64,000 nt of DNA from Candidatus Uhrbacteria bacterium GW2011_GWC2_41_11 (lineage in GTDB: Bacteria > Patescibacteriota > Patescibacteriia > UBA9934 > GWF2-40-263), in the NCBI GenBank assembly GCA_000996355.1, contig LCAH01000003.1:4228-68227 (forward strand). The letters are read 5' to 3'. Within the stretch, counting starts at the first letter, position 1. Every line of letters begins with the position of its first letter. This document shows positions 33,682 through 43,639 of this stretch, piece by piece. The notes beneath the pieces are model-generated. The model did not search any database. It saw only the letters and a program-made list of their open reading frames with translations, and was not told the origin of the DNA. Made by a program: the position numbers and the translations under genes.

Positions 33682-33981
33682 TACACAAAATAAACCGATG
33701 TCAAGACAAGACATTTTTTGCTTATCTCAAATAAATTTTAAGATAAACATGTTCCTCTTCCAAAGGCTGTAAAGCGATCAAACAATCGTGCACGAACATC
33801 AAATCGATACCAAAAGAACACAAGGAGAGAGATTGCCCCACGAGTGTGTGGGAAAGAGCGTTCAAAACATCGATTTAACGAGATAGTTGACGCTTTACAG
33901 CTTCTGAAAGAGGAAAACATTCTTCATGGTATCATAACATTCTTGAATAGAAAAAATTCTGCTAAAATAAGGGCATCTCTT

Positions 33982-36267
33982 ATGACCCGAAAAAAAAATT
34001 TTGAAGAAAGACATCTAAACCCCGAAACAAAACGCGGCATTGGCATTATTCTCCTCTTCGCATTTTCTACTTTTCTTCTCCTTGCTTTTTTTCATATTGC
34101 AGGTACAGCAGGAAATACTCTGGATAATGTCATGAGTTTTATCCTTGGTTGGGATCGTTTTCTTTTTCCTCTTCTCCTTCTTTTGTTTGGTTTTATTATT
34201 CTTTTTCCTGATCGAAATGCGTTTGGACGATGGAATTATCTCGGTCTTTTATTCTTTTTTCTTTCTTTCAACGGACTCATTCATCTTTTTACTGTTCACA
34301 CCTCGGAGGTATCGACAGAAATAATTCATAAAGCTGGAGGTATTGTAGGAAAATTTTCTGCAATGTTTCTCTTACAAAAAACCGGATTTTGGGCATCTGT
34401 CATTATTCTCACTGCCTGGCTTCTTATTGCTGTCCTTCTTCTTTTTAATACTTCATTACGAAATGTTCTTGCAGTCCATTCACATTTCACAGGTTGGTTT
34501 GGAAATTTTCTCCACCACGGTTTTTTTCAACGTCACCATTTTGAAAATCAAACCTTTTCTCCTACACAAAACGAAATAAGCGATAAAGAAAAAATAGAAC
34601 AAGAGGAAGAAAATGATACCGTTCTATCCCCTTTTCAATCCTCTCTTGTAAAATCTTCCTCTGTCTCTCCTGTAAAACCTCCAACAGAAATCGAAAAAAT
34701 TCTTACCACTCGTACACACAGACAAGTTGCCCTTCCATTAGACCTCCTTGAATATCGAACGAATCGTGCAAACTCAGGGGATATTGATCATCATAGAGAG
34801 ATGATTAGACGAACATTTGAACAATTTCACATTCAAGTTGAAATGGCAGAGGTTTGTGTTGGTCCAACGGTCACTCAATACAGCCTTCGTCCGGCAGAAG
34901 GAGTCAAACTTTCCCGCATTGTTGCTCTCCAAAACGATATTGCCCTTGCCTTGGCTGCACATCCTATCCGTATTGAAGCCCCTATTCCGGGAAAATCTCT
35001 TGTTGGAATTGAAGTTCCAAACGAAAGTGTTGCAACGGTTTCTTTGCGCGAACTTCTTGAATCCAAATCGTTTAAAAATCAAACGAATCAACTCGGACTT
35101 GCTCTTGGAAAAGATGTCACAGGAAAAGTTTGGACAACTCCTCTTGAAAAAATGCCTCACTTGTTAGTTGCTGGAGCCACTGGATCCGGAAAAAGTGTCT
35201 GTTTAAATACAATTATTGTTACTCTTCTTTACGAAAATGGACCTGATGATCTTCGTCTTATTCTCATTGACCCAAAACGAGTTGAATTGACAGCATACGA
35301 TGGCATTCCACATCTCCTCATCCCTCCAATCACCAAAGTCGACGATACAGTCAATGCTCTCAAGTGGACCGTTCGAGAAATGGAACGACGTTTGGATGTT
35401 CTTTCTAAATTCGGTGTACGTGATATCACTTCTTATAATGCAAAAACGCAAGAAAAAATGCCACGCATTGTTGTCGTTCTTGATGAACTTGCTGACCTCA
35501 TGGTTGCAAGCAAACATGAGGTTGAATCAACAATCGTTCGCATTGCACAAATGGCTCGTGCCGTTGGTATTCATTTGATTATCGCCACTCAGCGTCCATC
35601 GGTTGATGTTATTACCGGAATTATCAAAGCAAACTTTCCAGCAAGAATTGCATTTGCAGTTACTTCTCAAACTGACTCAAGAACCATCCTCGATTGTTCA
35701 GGCGCAGAAAAACTTCTTGGCCGCGGAGATATGTTGTATACCTGTGCAGAATTATCAAAACCCGTTCGACTGCAAGGAGCATTTATTGCAGAAAATGAAG
35801 TTTCACACGTTGTGAACTTTCTGCGACAAAAAGGGACACCAGATTATAATTATGCGATTACAGAAAAAGAACGGGGAACAACCATATTGGATGATGATGA
35901 TTCTGATCCTTTTTTGAATGAAGCTGCTCAAATTGTCATTCGAGATAGTCGTGCTTCTACTTCTCTCTTGCAACGCAGATTAAAAATTGGATATGGGAGA
36001 GCCGCACGTATTCTTGATATCCTTGAGGATAGAGGCGTGATTGGTCCACCGGACGGATCAAGACCACGAGAAGTTTTGATGAAAGAATGGCCGACAGAAT
36101 CCGTGGACGACCGCTTAGGATTCAAAGAACGAGAAGAAATGTTGGAAGAAGAAGAAAATATCGAAGAGGAAAAAGACTTAAATATTGATGAAGATACATT
36201 TCTAGCTGCCCAGGAAGGCGAATATCCGCAAGAAGACGAAAATACGCATGAGAAAAAACCCAATTAA
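33982..36267 (+). CDS. ftsK: DNA translocase FtsK/SpoIIIE
   Basis: N-terminal TM domain. Motor domain with Walker A VAGATGSGKSV, RecA-like core and C-terminal gamma wHTH. Confidence 0.9.
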   Translation: MTRKKNFEERHLNPETKRGIGIILLFAFSTFLLLAFFHIAGTAGNTLDNVMSFILGWDRFLFPLLLLLFGFIILFPDRNAFGRWNYLGLLFFFLSFNGLIHLFTVHTSEVSTEIIHKAGGIVGKFSAMFLLQKTGFWASVIILTAWLLIAVLLLFNTSLRNVLAVHSHFTGWFGNFLHHGFFQRHHFENQTFSPTQNEISDKEKIEQEEENDTVLSPFQSSLVKSSSVSPVKPPTEIEKILTTRTHRQVALPLDLLEYRTNRANSGDIDHHREMIRRTFEQFHIQVEMAEVCVGPTVTQYSLRPAEGVKLSRIVALQNDIALALAAHPIRIEAPIPGKSLVGIEVPNESVATVSLRELLESKSFKNQTNQLGLALGKDVTGKVWTTPLEKMPHLLVAGATGSGKSVCLNTIIVTLLYENGPDDLRLILIDPKRVELTAYDGIPHLLIPPITKVDDTVNALKWTVREMERRLDVLSKFGVRDITSYNAKTQEKMPRIVVVLDELADLMVASKHEVESTIVRIAQMARAVGIHLIIATQRPSVDVITGIIKANFPARIAFAVTSQTDSRTILDCSGAEKLLGRGDMLYTCAELSKPVRLQGAFIAENEVSHVVNFLRQKGTPDYNYAITEKERGTTILDDDDSDPFLNEAAQIVIRDSRASTSLLQRRLKIGYGRAARILDILEDRGVIGPPDGSRPREVLMKEWPTESVDDRLGFKEREEMLEEEENIEEEKDLNIDEDTFLAAQEGEYPQEDENTHEKKPN

Positions 36268-36317
36268 CATCCTCTTGTCCGGAGAGATCTTTTTACGTAC
36301 AATACCCCCGTCTACTT

Positions 36318-37028
36318 ATGGGATTTGTTGTAAAAAATCTTAAAAATATTGAAACGTTTGGAGACCGCCTGCGAAGCTTGCGGCATGATTCAAATTACAC
36401 ATTGGATCAAGTGGCTGAGGAAACAAAAATACAACGTCGTTATCTCCAAGCATTTGAATCAAATCGTTTTTGTGATCTCCCCGAACCAGTCTATGCTCGT
36501 CATTTTTTAAAAACATATGTGAAACAATTAGGAGGAGATCCTTCTTACTTTTTAGCTCGTTTTGAAAAAGAACGCGGAACATGTGATCTTGTTCATTCTC
36601 TTCGTCTTCCGCGTAAAAAAATTCGAGCAAGACAATTTTTGGTTTCCTATCATGTTTGGCAAGCAGGAATTGGACTTCTCCTTTTCACAGCATTCATGGG
36701 ATATATCGGATCTCATATTCGAACACTTCTTGAACCTCCTGCGATTACTATTTTTGAACCAAACGATAATCTGTCCACAGAAGAAGCTATTGTTACGGTC
36801 CGTGGAAAAACGGAACCAGGTGTTGAACTAGCCGTAAATGGAAAAAAAATTCTTCCTGAACCAGATGGATCATTTGCAACAGAAATTGCTCTAGAACGAG
36901 GGATGAATATGGTTACAGTCGAAGGAGTAACAAAACATTCTCGAAAAACAGCTGTATATAGACGCGTCGTTCTCGAACAAGAGACACCACAAAAATATAG
37001 TAGTGCGTTATCCACTTCACGACTCTAA
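36318..37028 (+). CDS. RodZ-like HTH (XRE) domain membrane protein
   Basis: N-terminal HTH (LRSLRHDSNYTLDQVAEETKIQRRYLQAFE), a single TM segment, and an extracytoplasmic C-domain. Confidence 0.5.
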   Translation: MGFVVKNLKNIETFGDRLRSLRHDSNYTLDQVAEETKIQRRYLQAFESNRFCDLPEPVYARHFLKTYVKQLGGDPSYFLARFEKERGTCDLVHSLRLPRKKIRARQFLVSYHVWQAGIGLLLFTAFMGYIGSHIRTLLEPPAITIFEPNDNLSTEEAIVTVRGKTEPGVELAVNGKKILPEPDGSFATEIALERGMNMVTVEGVTKHSRKTAVYRRVVLEQETPQKYSSALSTSRL

Positions 37029-37219
37029 AATGTTATCCACATCCTTGCAAGAAAAAATCAAAAAAAGAACAAACGTTTGAAAGAGAAAACAAAACAATGA
37101 TCAAAAAAAGAGGAGGAGTTCGATAAAAAATCGGTCTTCTTTTTTTCTCCAATAAATTTTGTTTATTTTTTCAAACAACCGCGTTGCTTTTTTCTCCAAA
37201 TTCACTAACATAGGTGCGT

Positions 37220-38248
37220 ATGGCAAAACATGTTACCGAAGAACCAACAGGAAAAATACAGGCTGCTTTTGAAGCAATCTCCCAAATTAAACAACGATTT
37301 GGAGAAGGTTCCATTATGCGTCTAGGAGAAGCAAAAGCGATGAAAGTCGATGCGGTCACAACTGGATGTCTCTCCTTGGATCTTGCTCTTGGAGTTGGTG
37401 GTGTTCCGCGCGGACGTATCATCGAAATTTTTGGACCAGAATCTTCTGGAAAAACAACGTTAGCACAACACATTGTTGCTGAAGTTCAAAAAATAGGAGG
37501 GGTAGCCGCTTATATTGATGCAGAACATGCACTTGATCCAGACTATGCCTCAAAAATCGGAGTTAATATTAATGAGCTATTTATTTCTCAACCAGATACA
37601 GGAGAACAAGCTTTAGAAATTGTTGAAACCCTTGTCCGTTCAAATGCGGTTGATGTCATTGTAATAGACTCTGTCGCAGCTTTGACTCCAAAAGCAGAAA
37701 TTGAAGGAGAAATGGGAGATCAACACATGGGACTTCAAGCACGTCTCATGAGTCAAGCTCTTCGAAAACTTGCAGCTGTTATCAGCAAATCAAAAACAAT
37801 TGTCATCTTTATCAATCAAATTCGTCACAAAATTGGAGTGATGTTTGGCAATCCAGAGACGACACCTGGAGGAAATGCCTTAAAATTTTATAGTTCGATT
37901 CGAATCGAAATTCGTCGTTCTGCACAAATCAAACAAGCAGAAGATATTATTGGAAACCGTACACGAGTCAAAATTGTAAAAAATAAAGTTGCTCCTCCTT
38001 TCCGCGCTTGTGAATTTGATATTCTTTATAATGAAGGCATTTCCATCGCTGGTGACCTCTTGGATGTCGGAGTTCCTGCAAATATTATCAAAAAGAATGG
38101 AAATAGCTACACGTTTGGAGAAACAAAACTCGGAGTTGGACGAGAAAATGCTCGACAATTTCTCAAAAATAATCCAGACGTGCTTGCAACGATTCGTAAA
38201 GAAGTTCAAACAAAAGTAGAAACGGGAGAATTGGAAGAGAACGCTTAA
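37220..38248 (+). CDS. recA: recombinase RecA
   Basis: GPESSGKTT Walker A and canonical RecA sequence throughout. Confidence 0.95.
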   Translation: MAKHVTEEPTGKIQAAFEAISQIKQRFGEGSIMRLGEAKAMKVDAVTTGCLSLDLALGVGGVPRGRIIEIFGPESSGKTTLAQHIVAEVQKIGGVAAYIDAEHALDPDYASKIGVNINELFISQPDTGEQALEIVETLVRSNAVDVIVIDSVAALTPKAEIEGEMGDQHMGLQARLMSQALRKLAAVISKSKTIVIFINQIRHKIGVMFGNPETTPGGNALKFYSSIRIEIRRSAQIKQAEDIIGNRTRVKIVKNKVAPPFRACEFDILYNEGISIAGDLLDVGVPANIIKKNGNSYTFGETKLGVGRENARQFLKNNPDVLATIRKEVQTKVETGELEENA

Positions 38249-38259
38249 ATTTCGACAAA

Positions 38260-38290
38260 AAAAATACGCTGGACAACAGCGTATTTTTTT
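38260..38290. terminator. bidirectional terminator between recA and efp
   Basis: atacgctggacaacagcgtat followed by a T-run. Confidence 0.7.
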
Positions 38291-38300
38291 ATATTCTTTT

Positions 38301-38867
38301 CTATTCACTCACGCGTTCTGAATATTCTCCTGTATCCGTATTCACAAGCACTTTTTCCCCTTCTTTTACAAAAATGGGGGTACGAATTTTCAATCCATTA
38401 TCAAGTTCAACCTCTTTTGTCACATTTCCAGAGCTTGTATCACCTTTCACTGCAGGAGGAGCAGAGATAATTGTATATTGAATTTTTTTTGGAAGTTCAA
38501 CCGTCAAAGGAGTTTCTCCATGCATGACAATCGTTGCCTCCAACCCTTCTTTAAAAAATTTTACATCATCTCCGATATCTGCCCCAGAAATCTGTACTTG
38601 TTCATAGGTTTGGTTATCCATGAATGTATATAGCTGTCCATCCGTAAACAGATATTGCATTTTTTTATATTGAACATCTTCAAATTCCAATGTTTCTGCA
38701 GATTTAAAATTTTGTTCCACGATTTTTCCTGAACGAAGATTTTTTACACGAGTACGGACAAACGAACTTCCCTTACCTGGACTCACACGCTGAAAATCCA
38801 CAACAAGCCAAAGTTCTCCATTCAAACGGATAACGGTTCCTTTCTTAATTTCATTTGGAGACGGCAT
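38301..38867 (-). CDS. efp: elongation factor P
   Basis: 188 aa. KOW-like N-domain with the SPGKGSSFVRTR loop (modifiable Lys). Confidence 0.9.
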   Translation of the reverse strand: MPSPNEIKKGTVIRLNGELWLVVDFQRVSPGKGSSFVRTRVKNLRSGKIVEQNFKSAETLEFEDVQYKKMQYLFTDGQLYTFMDNQTYEQVQISGADIGDDVKFFKEGLEATIVMHGETPLTVELPKKIQYTIISAPPAVKGDTSSGNVTKEVELDNGLKIRTPIFVKEGEKVLVNTDTGEYSERVSE

Positions 38868-39819
38868 AGGGAGAAAACATTAAAGGAATGACCTCTTCAA
38901 TCTTTCGACGTCCAGTGATCGCCATATGCAAGCGGTCAATGCCGATAGCATTCCCAAACGTCGGATGACGCACGGATGGTAGCAAATCTAGAAATTGTTC
39001 GTCAATTGGAAACACTGTTTTCCCAAGTTTTTGACGCTCGTCAGCCTCTTCTTGAAAACGCTTCCGTTGTTCTTCCGCGTCTGTTAATTCAGTAAACCCA
39101 TTACATAATTCCAATCCATCTATATACAACTCAAAACGCTGACCATAATGACCATCTGGTGTGAGACAAGACAATGCTGCTTGATATACAGGATAATCAT
39201 AGATAAAAACTGGGTCAGAACCAAGAAATGGCTCAACAAGCGTAAGAAATAATCGATAAAAAAGATCACTTTCTGTGTCTGTTTCATCGCGATGAATATC
39301 ATGTTGATCACAAGCATGAGCCAAATCTGTAGAAATTGCATGGTCAAGATCCATACCTATTTTTTCTTGAAAAAGATCTCGCAAACACAGACGACGAAAC
39401 ACGGGCAAAATTTTACCAAATATTTTTGCAATAGCACGTACAAGTAATTCTGTTTCATCCATTCCATTTTTATAATTCATTCCTTGACTATACCACTCAA
39501 GCATGGAAAATTCTGGTTCATGGGTTCCACCTAATTCTTCTCCATTTCGAAACACTTTCGTGATGGTAAAAATACGTTCCAATCCAGACCCAAGTATTTT
39601 TTTCATGGAATATTCAGGACTCGTAATAAACGCACCTGGATATTTTTTTCCCTGATCGTCAATGACTATTGTCTCAAACGGCATTAAATTTGACTCCATA
39701 CCAGGACTTGAGACAAGTAAAGGTGTTTCGACTTCGACATAATTCCGTTCCCGAAAAAAAGAACGAATTGCATCATTTATTTTTTGCCTTTCAAGAAGAA
39801 TTGTTTTGATCGAATCCAT
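38851..39819 (-). CDS. epmA: EF-P--(R)-beta-lysine ligase EpmA/PoxA (truncated class-II LysRS paralog)
   Basis: Class II aaRS motifs (FRNGEELGGTHEPEFSMLEWY ... GIDRL). No anticodon-binding domain. Lies immediately upstream of and overlapping efp. Confidence 0.7.
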   Translation of the reverse strand: MDSIKTILLERQKINDAIRSFFRERNYVEVETPLLVSSPGMESNLMPFETIVIDDQGKKYPGAFITSPEYSMKKILGSGLERIFTITKVFRNGEELGGTHEPEFSMLEWYSQGMNYKNGMDETELLVRAIAKIFGKILPVFRRLCLRDLFQEKIGMDLDHAISTDLAHACDQHDIHRDETDTESDLFYRLFLTLVEPFLGSDPVFIYDYPVYQAALSCLTPDGHYGQRFELYIDGLELCNGFTELTDAEEQRKRFQEEADERQKLGKTVFPIDEQFLDLLPSVRHPTFGNAIGIDRLHMAITGRRKIEEVIPLMFSPYAVSK

Positions 39820-39861
39820 ACACATACCAAAAGAGACACGTAATTCGTGTCTCTTTTTTAA

Positions 39862-40086
39862 TCATTTTTGAATGAATGGAAGGAGAGCCATGATTCGTGC
39901 ACGTTTGATTGCAGTTGCAAGTTTGCGTTGATGTCCGGCACACACCCCACTGCGTTTGCGTGGAACAATTTTTGCAAATGAAGAAGTGAATCGACGCAAG
40001 AGTCGCATGTCTTTGTAATCAATTCCCTGTTCTTTGTTCACACAAAAGAAACAGTGACGTTGTTTTGGTTGAGTTTTGTTATTCAT
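39862..40086 (-). CDS. rpsR: 30S ribosomal protein S18
   Basis: [22 protein letters not shown]... Confidence 0.85.
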   Translation of the reverse strand: MNNKTQPKQRHCFFCVNKEQGIDYKDMRLLRRFTSSFAKIVPRKRSGVCAGHQRKLATAIKRARIMALLPFIQK

Positions 40087-40130
40087 AAAATAAAACGAGG
40101 AGTGAAGAACTTTCTCTCATGTAAGAAAGT

Positions 40131-40583
40131 TTAAAATGGAATATCTTCTACTTTTATTTCGGGTTCTTGACTGATTCCCGGATCATCTGCAAGCGGAGGA
40201 ATATTTGGAGATGAAACAGAATTGCCTCCAAACGGAGAACCGGAACCTGTTCCGGGACGATCTAAAAGAATAATATTATCCGCGACAATTTCTGTTCGAT
40301 AACGTTTAACTCCATCCTGTCCTTCCCAGTCGCGTGTTTGCAGACGACCTTCGACATACACCTTTTTTCCTTTGGTCATGTATTGGCTACAAATTTCTGC
40401 TAATTTTCCCCACGCAACCACATTATGAAATTCAACCTGTTCTTGACGCTGACCTGACCCATCAGTCCAAGAACGATTTGTTGCAATACTAAACGTACAC
40501 ACGGATTGACCGGAAGGAATTTGTCGTGTCTCCGGATCACGTGTCACATTTCCAAGAATGGTGGCACGGTTCAAACTGTACAT
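40131..40583 (-). CDS. ssb: single-stranded DNA-binding protein
   Basis: OB-fold N-domain, Gly-rich tail and C-terminal DIPF. Confidence 0.9.
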   Translation of the reverse strand: MYSLNRATILGNVTRDPETRQIPSGQSVCTFSIATNRSWTDGSGQRQEQVEFHNVVAWGKLAEICSQYMTKGKKVYVEGRLQTRDWEGQDGVKRYRTEIVADNIILLDRPGTGSGSPFGGNSVSSPNIPPLADDPGISQEPEIKVEDIPF

Positions 40584-40603
40584 AAAAAAATGAAAAATGA
40601 AGA

Positions 40604-41122
40604 TTAGACATTTTCTGTTATGTCTCCTGCATCCAAAATTTCATCCAATTTTTTATTCAGTTCTTCCATGGAAATAGGAGTTTCTTCTTTTGGAATGATT
40701 GCTTCTTCATTTGAAACTACAGATTCAACTATAGGTGCGGCAGCACGTGGAGCAGAAGAACGGGAAGATCGGGAAACAATATCTTCTTCAGAAAGAGGAG
40801 CAATATATGCTTCAATATGGTATTCTTTCTTTTCAGAACCTGGCTCAGCTTGAAGAATGGTATATCGCAAAATTTCCTCAGTCAGATGGAATTGTGCATC
40901 TAATTTTGGAATAACAGATGGTTCTGTAGTGAAATAGATAAGAACGTATGTTCCATGCCTCGTTTGACCGATTGGATACGCCATGCGAATCTTTCCGAGG
41001 ATTTCCTCTCGCACAATCGTTCCGCTCGCTTGTCCTTGAATAAGCGCATCGATCTTTTTTTGGATCTCTTCCACTTCGGTGTCTGTATATCGAGAAGGAA
41101 GGATATAAAGAAGTTCGTACAT
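40604..41122 (-). CDS. rpsF: 30S ribosomal protein S6 with C-terminal extension
   Basis: MYELLYILPSRYTDTEVEE... Forms an rpsF-ssb-rpsR operon. Confidence 0.8.
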   Translation of the reverse strand: MYELLYILPSRYTDTEVEEIQKKIDALIQGQASGTIVREEILGKIRMAYPIGQTRHGTYVLIYFTTEPSVIPKLDAQFHLTEEILRYTILQAEPGSEKKEYHIEAYIAPLSEEDIVSRSSRSSAPRAAAPIVESVVSNEEAIIPKEETPISMEELNKKLDEILDAGDITENV

Positions 41123-41286
41123 CATAAAATAGCCGCCCCTTTTGAAAAAGGGGGATTCCATCTAGAGAATGAAAAAATCCTAAAGAATTCTAACATTTCC
41201 TAAATAGATCGTGGACGACTTAATAATAATGAGGATATCCTACGGAACTGGATGGAAAAAAGCAAGTAAACTATATTCAAATTATT

Positions 41287-42366
41287 ATGTTTCATTCTGA
41301 ATTTCCTTCTTTTTCTCCAGACAAAACAGGAAATAAAAAACAAATTCGTCAAGAACGTGCAAAAAATCGACAACAACAAAAAGAAGAATCAAAACAAGAA
41401 AAAGAATACGAGGAACGTATTTTGGCAGATCTGCGTAAACGATATCCAGAAGCATTCGAAGCTGGAATAAATGAACGTGAACAACATTGGGCAGATGTTG
41501 CTCGAAGAGAACGTTTTCTTTCAAGTAAGACATTTCGAGAAGCTGTCCAAAAATATAAGATAGATGTTTCAATATTTGAAATAGATTCTGATGGTTTTAT
41601 TCATTTTCCTGTAAAGAAACATTTTACAGGAGAAAGACTTCCAAAAGGGTATGGATATAAAGGAGGGGCAGCAAGAGCTCTTCTTCTCAAAAATTTAGGA
41701 ATTGATCCAACCTACACACCACGAGACATGGATATTATCCGTCTCGATCCAAATGAACCTGCACCGGGGGTAGATATAAAAATCGCAAAAAAATTCATGC
41801 CAGAAGATTTTTCACACAAAAATGGAGTCGAAGTGATACAAAAAAAGGATTATTTTAAAACTCGAGATCTCACCATAAACGAAGTACTTGCAACAAATGA
41901 AGAAATCATTGCAACACCAGAATGTATTCTCGATAGTATCCGTCGAATTATTCGTCTGACTCCTTTTGAAAGGAAATCTTATGGTCCAAAAATGCTAGCA
42001 AAAATGTTAAGATTCTATGCGGAAGCTATTTATCGTTGGGATTCAGCAACTATAGAAGATATGAATGAATGGGAATTTGAAAAAAATTTTATTTCTCCAT
42101 TCTGGTTAGCTCTCCAAATGGATCGTGCATTTGAAGTAGGAATACCTATTGCAGAACAATATACAAAAGAATTACAAAAACGCGGACAAATACCAACTTT
42201 TTTAAACAATGCAAAAAAAGCAGCCGATTATCTAGGAGACCTTTTAAAACACAAAAATTTTTACTATAGACACGCTCCATCTGAACAGTTTGATATGGAA
42301 GAAGAATGGATACAAAAAAAATTTGAACACTTACCAAAACAAAGTGGTTTTGGAAAACGTCGTTAA
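41287..42366 (+). CDS. divergent Pol-beta-superfamily nucleotidyltransferase, CCA-adding/poly(A) polymerase-like head+neck, K/E-rich N-terminal extension
   Basis: KGGAARALLLKNLGIDPTYTPRDMDI corresponds to GGAVRDxLLG...DxD. RDLTINEV corresponds to RRDFTINA. ILDSIRRIIRLTPFERKSYGPKMLAKMLRFYAE resembles the conserved neck segment that follows the RRDFTINA motif in CCA-adding enzymes (my recollection of family sequences, not a computed match). Confidence 0.5.
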   Translation: MFHSEFPSFSPDKTGNKKQIRQERAKNRQQQKEESKQEKEYEERILADLRKRYPEAFEAGINEREQHWADVARRERFLSSKTFREAVQKYKIDVSIFEIDSDGFIHFPVKKHFTGERLPKGYGYKGGAARALLLKNLGIDPTYTPRDMDIIRLDPNEPAPGVDIKIAKKFMPEDFSHKNGVEVIQKKDYFKTRDLTINEVLATNEEIIATPECILDSIRRIIRLTPFERKSYGPKMLAKMLRFYAEAIYRWDSATIEDMNEWEFEKNFISPFWLALQMDRAFEVGIPIAEQYTKELQKRGQIPTFLNNAKKAADYLGDLLKHKNFYYRHAPSEQFDMEEEWIQKKFEHLPKQSGFGKRR

Positions 42367-42377
42367 TTACTATTTTC

Positions 42378-43628
42378 ATGACTTTCTTTATTCTCGGTTC
42401 ACACCCAACTCTTTCTCTTGCCGAAATCGGTGCGGTTTTTGGTTTTTCCCCTCATTTCTCAAATGCTTCAAAAGAAGTATTAGTCCTTTCAGATAGAGAA
42501 AATATTTCTTTGGACATCTGGCAAGATCGATTAGCTGGAGTCACAAAAATAGGAGAAATTATTGGAGAAGTACCACATGGAAACACAACCGAAATTGCAG
42601 AACTTATTTTTCAAACCATTCAAAAACGATACGAAACACTTTCCTCTGAAGAAATCACAAAAAATAAATGTTCTTTCGGGTTAAGTATTTACGATAATGG
42701 AAATCCAGGACTCACAAAAACACTAAAAAAAGAATTGTTGCGTATAGGTCTTGAAACAAAAAAACGATTAAAAACACTGGAAAGACCAGTCCGTTTTGTT
42801 TCATCTAAAGAACCAGCCCTTTCAAGTGTTGCTATTACAACGAATGGACTTCTTGAATCAGGAGGAGAATTTGTTCTCCTTGCTTCAAAACAAGGATTAT
42901 TGATTGGCCGTACAGCTGCGGTTCAAAATTTTGCCGCATGGTCTGGACGAGATTATGGTCGTCCAGCCAGAGATGCAAAATCTGGTATGCTTCCACCAAA
43001 ATTAGCACGCATGATGATCAATCTCTCTCAAGCAAATCCAGAATCAAGTACAATTTTAGATCCATTTTGCGGATCAGGAACCATTCTTATGGAAGCTGCT
43101 TTAATGGGATTTCAAAGTATTTGTGGAAATGATGTTTCTGTAAAAGCTGTTGAAGACACGCAAACAAATATGGATTGGCTCCAACAACAAGTTGATTTTC
43201 CTCTACCACCTATTCATCTTTCTACAGGATCCGCTGAACGATTTGCCGCTTCTGTTCAAACCTCTTTTGATGCGATTGTGACAGAACCATATCTTGGTCC
43301 TCCGTTTAGCGGACGAGAAACAATCACACAAGTTCAACGTTTAGTTGATGAATTAACCTTTTTGTATCAGACATCTTTTCAGTCTCTGTGTGAACGCTTA
43401 AAACCAGGAGGACGTCTTGTGGTTGCCTTTCCTTATTTCCGTCTTGCACAAGAAGATATCTCTGTTCCTATTCCTCGCATCTTTGCTTCCCTTCCTGTAA
43501 AACTTTGTTCTCCTATTCCTCTTTCTGTCCCTGGTATTTTAAAACAAATGACTCCAGACGGAGGGCTTTTGTATGCTCGACCTGATCAACATGTTGCCAG
43601 AGCCATTTTTGTTTTTGAAAAAACGTAA
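42378..43628 (+). CDS. THUMP-domain tRNA (guanine-N2)-methyltransferase, Trm11/Trm14-like
   Basis: RPARDAKSGMLPPKLARMMINL... and SAM motif LDPFCGSGTILMEA. N-terminal THUMP-like region. Confidence 0.6.
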   Translation: MTFFILGSHPTLSLAEIGAVFGFSPHFSNASKEVLVLSDRENISLDIWQDRLAGVTKIGEIIGEVPHGNTTEIAELIFQTIQKRYETLSSEEITKNKCSFGLSIYDNGNPGLTKTLKKELLRIGLETKKRLKTLERPVRFVSSKEPALSSVAITTNGLLESGGEFVLLASKQGLLIGRTAAVQNFAAWSGRDYGRPARDAKSGMLPPKLARMMINLSQANPESSTILDPFCGSGTILMEAALMGFQSICGNDVSVKAVEDTQTNMDWLQQQVDFPLPPIHLSTGSAERFAASVQTSFDAIVTEPYLGPPFSGRETITQVQRLVDELTFLYQTSFQSLCERLKPGGRLVVAFPYFRLAQEDISVPIPRIFASLPVKLCSPIPLSVPGILKQMTPDGGLLYARPDQHVARAIFVFEKT

Positions 43629-43639
43629 TTTCGACCCTT

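Noticed and set aside
33395-33920. ORFs 33395..33688- and 33738..33920-
   Set aside because: They sit inside the rpoB leader and the ftsK upstream region. No RBS, and the composition is consistent with structured RNA.
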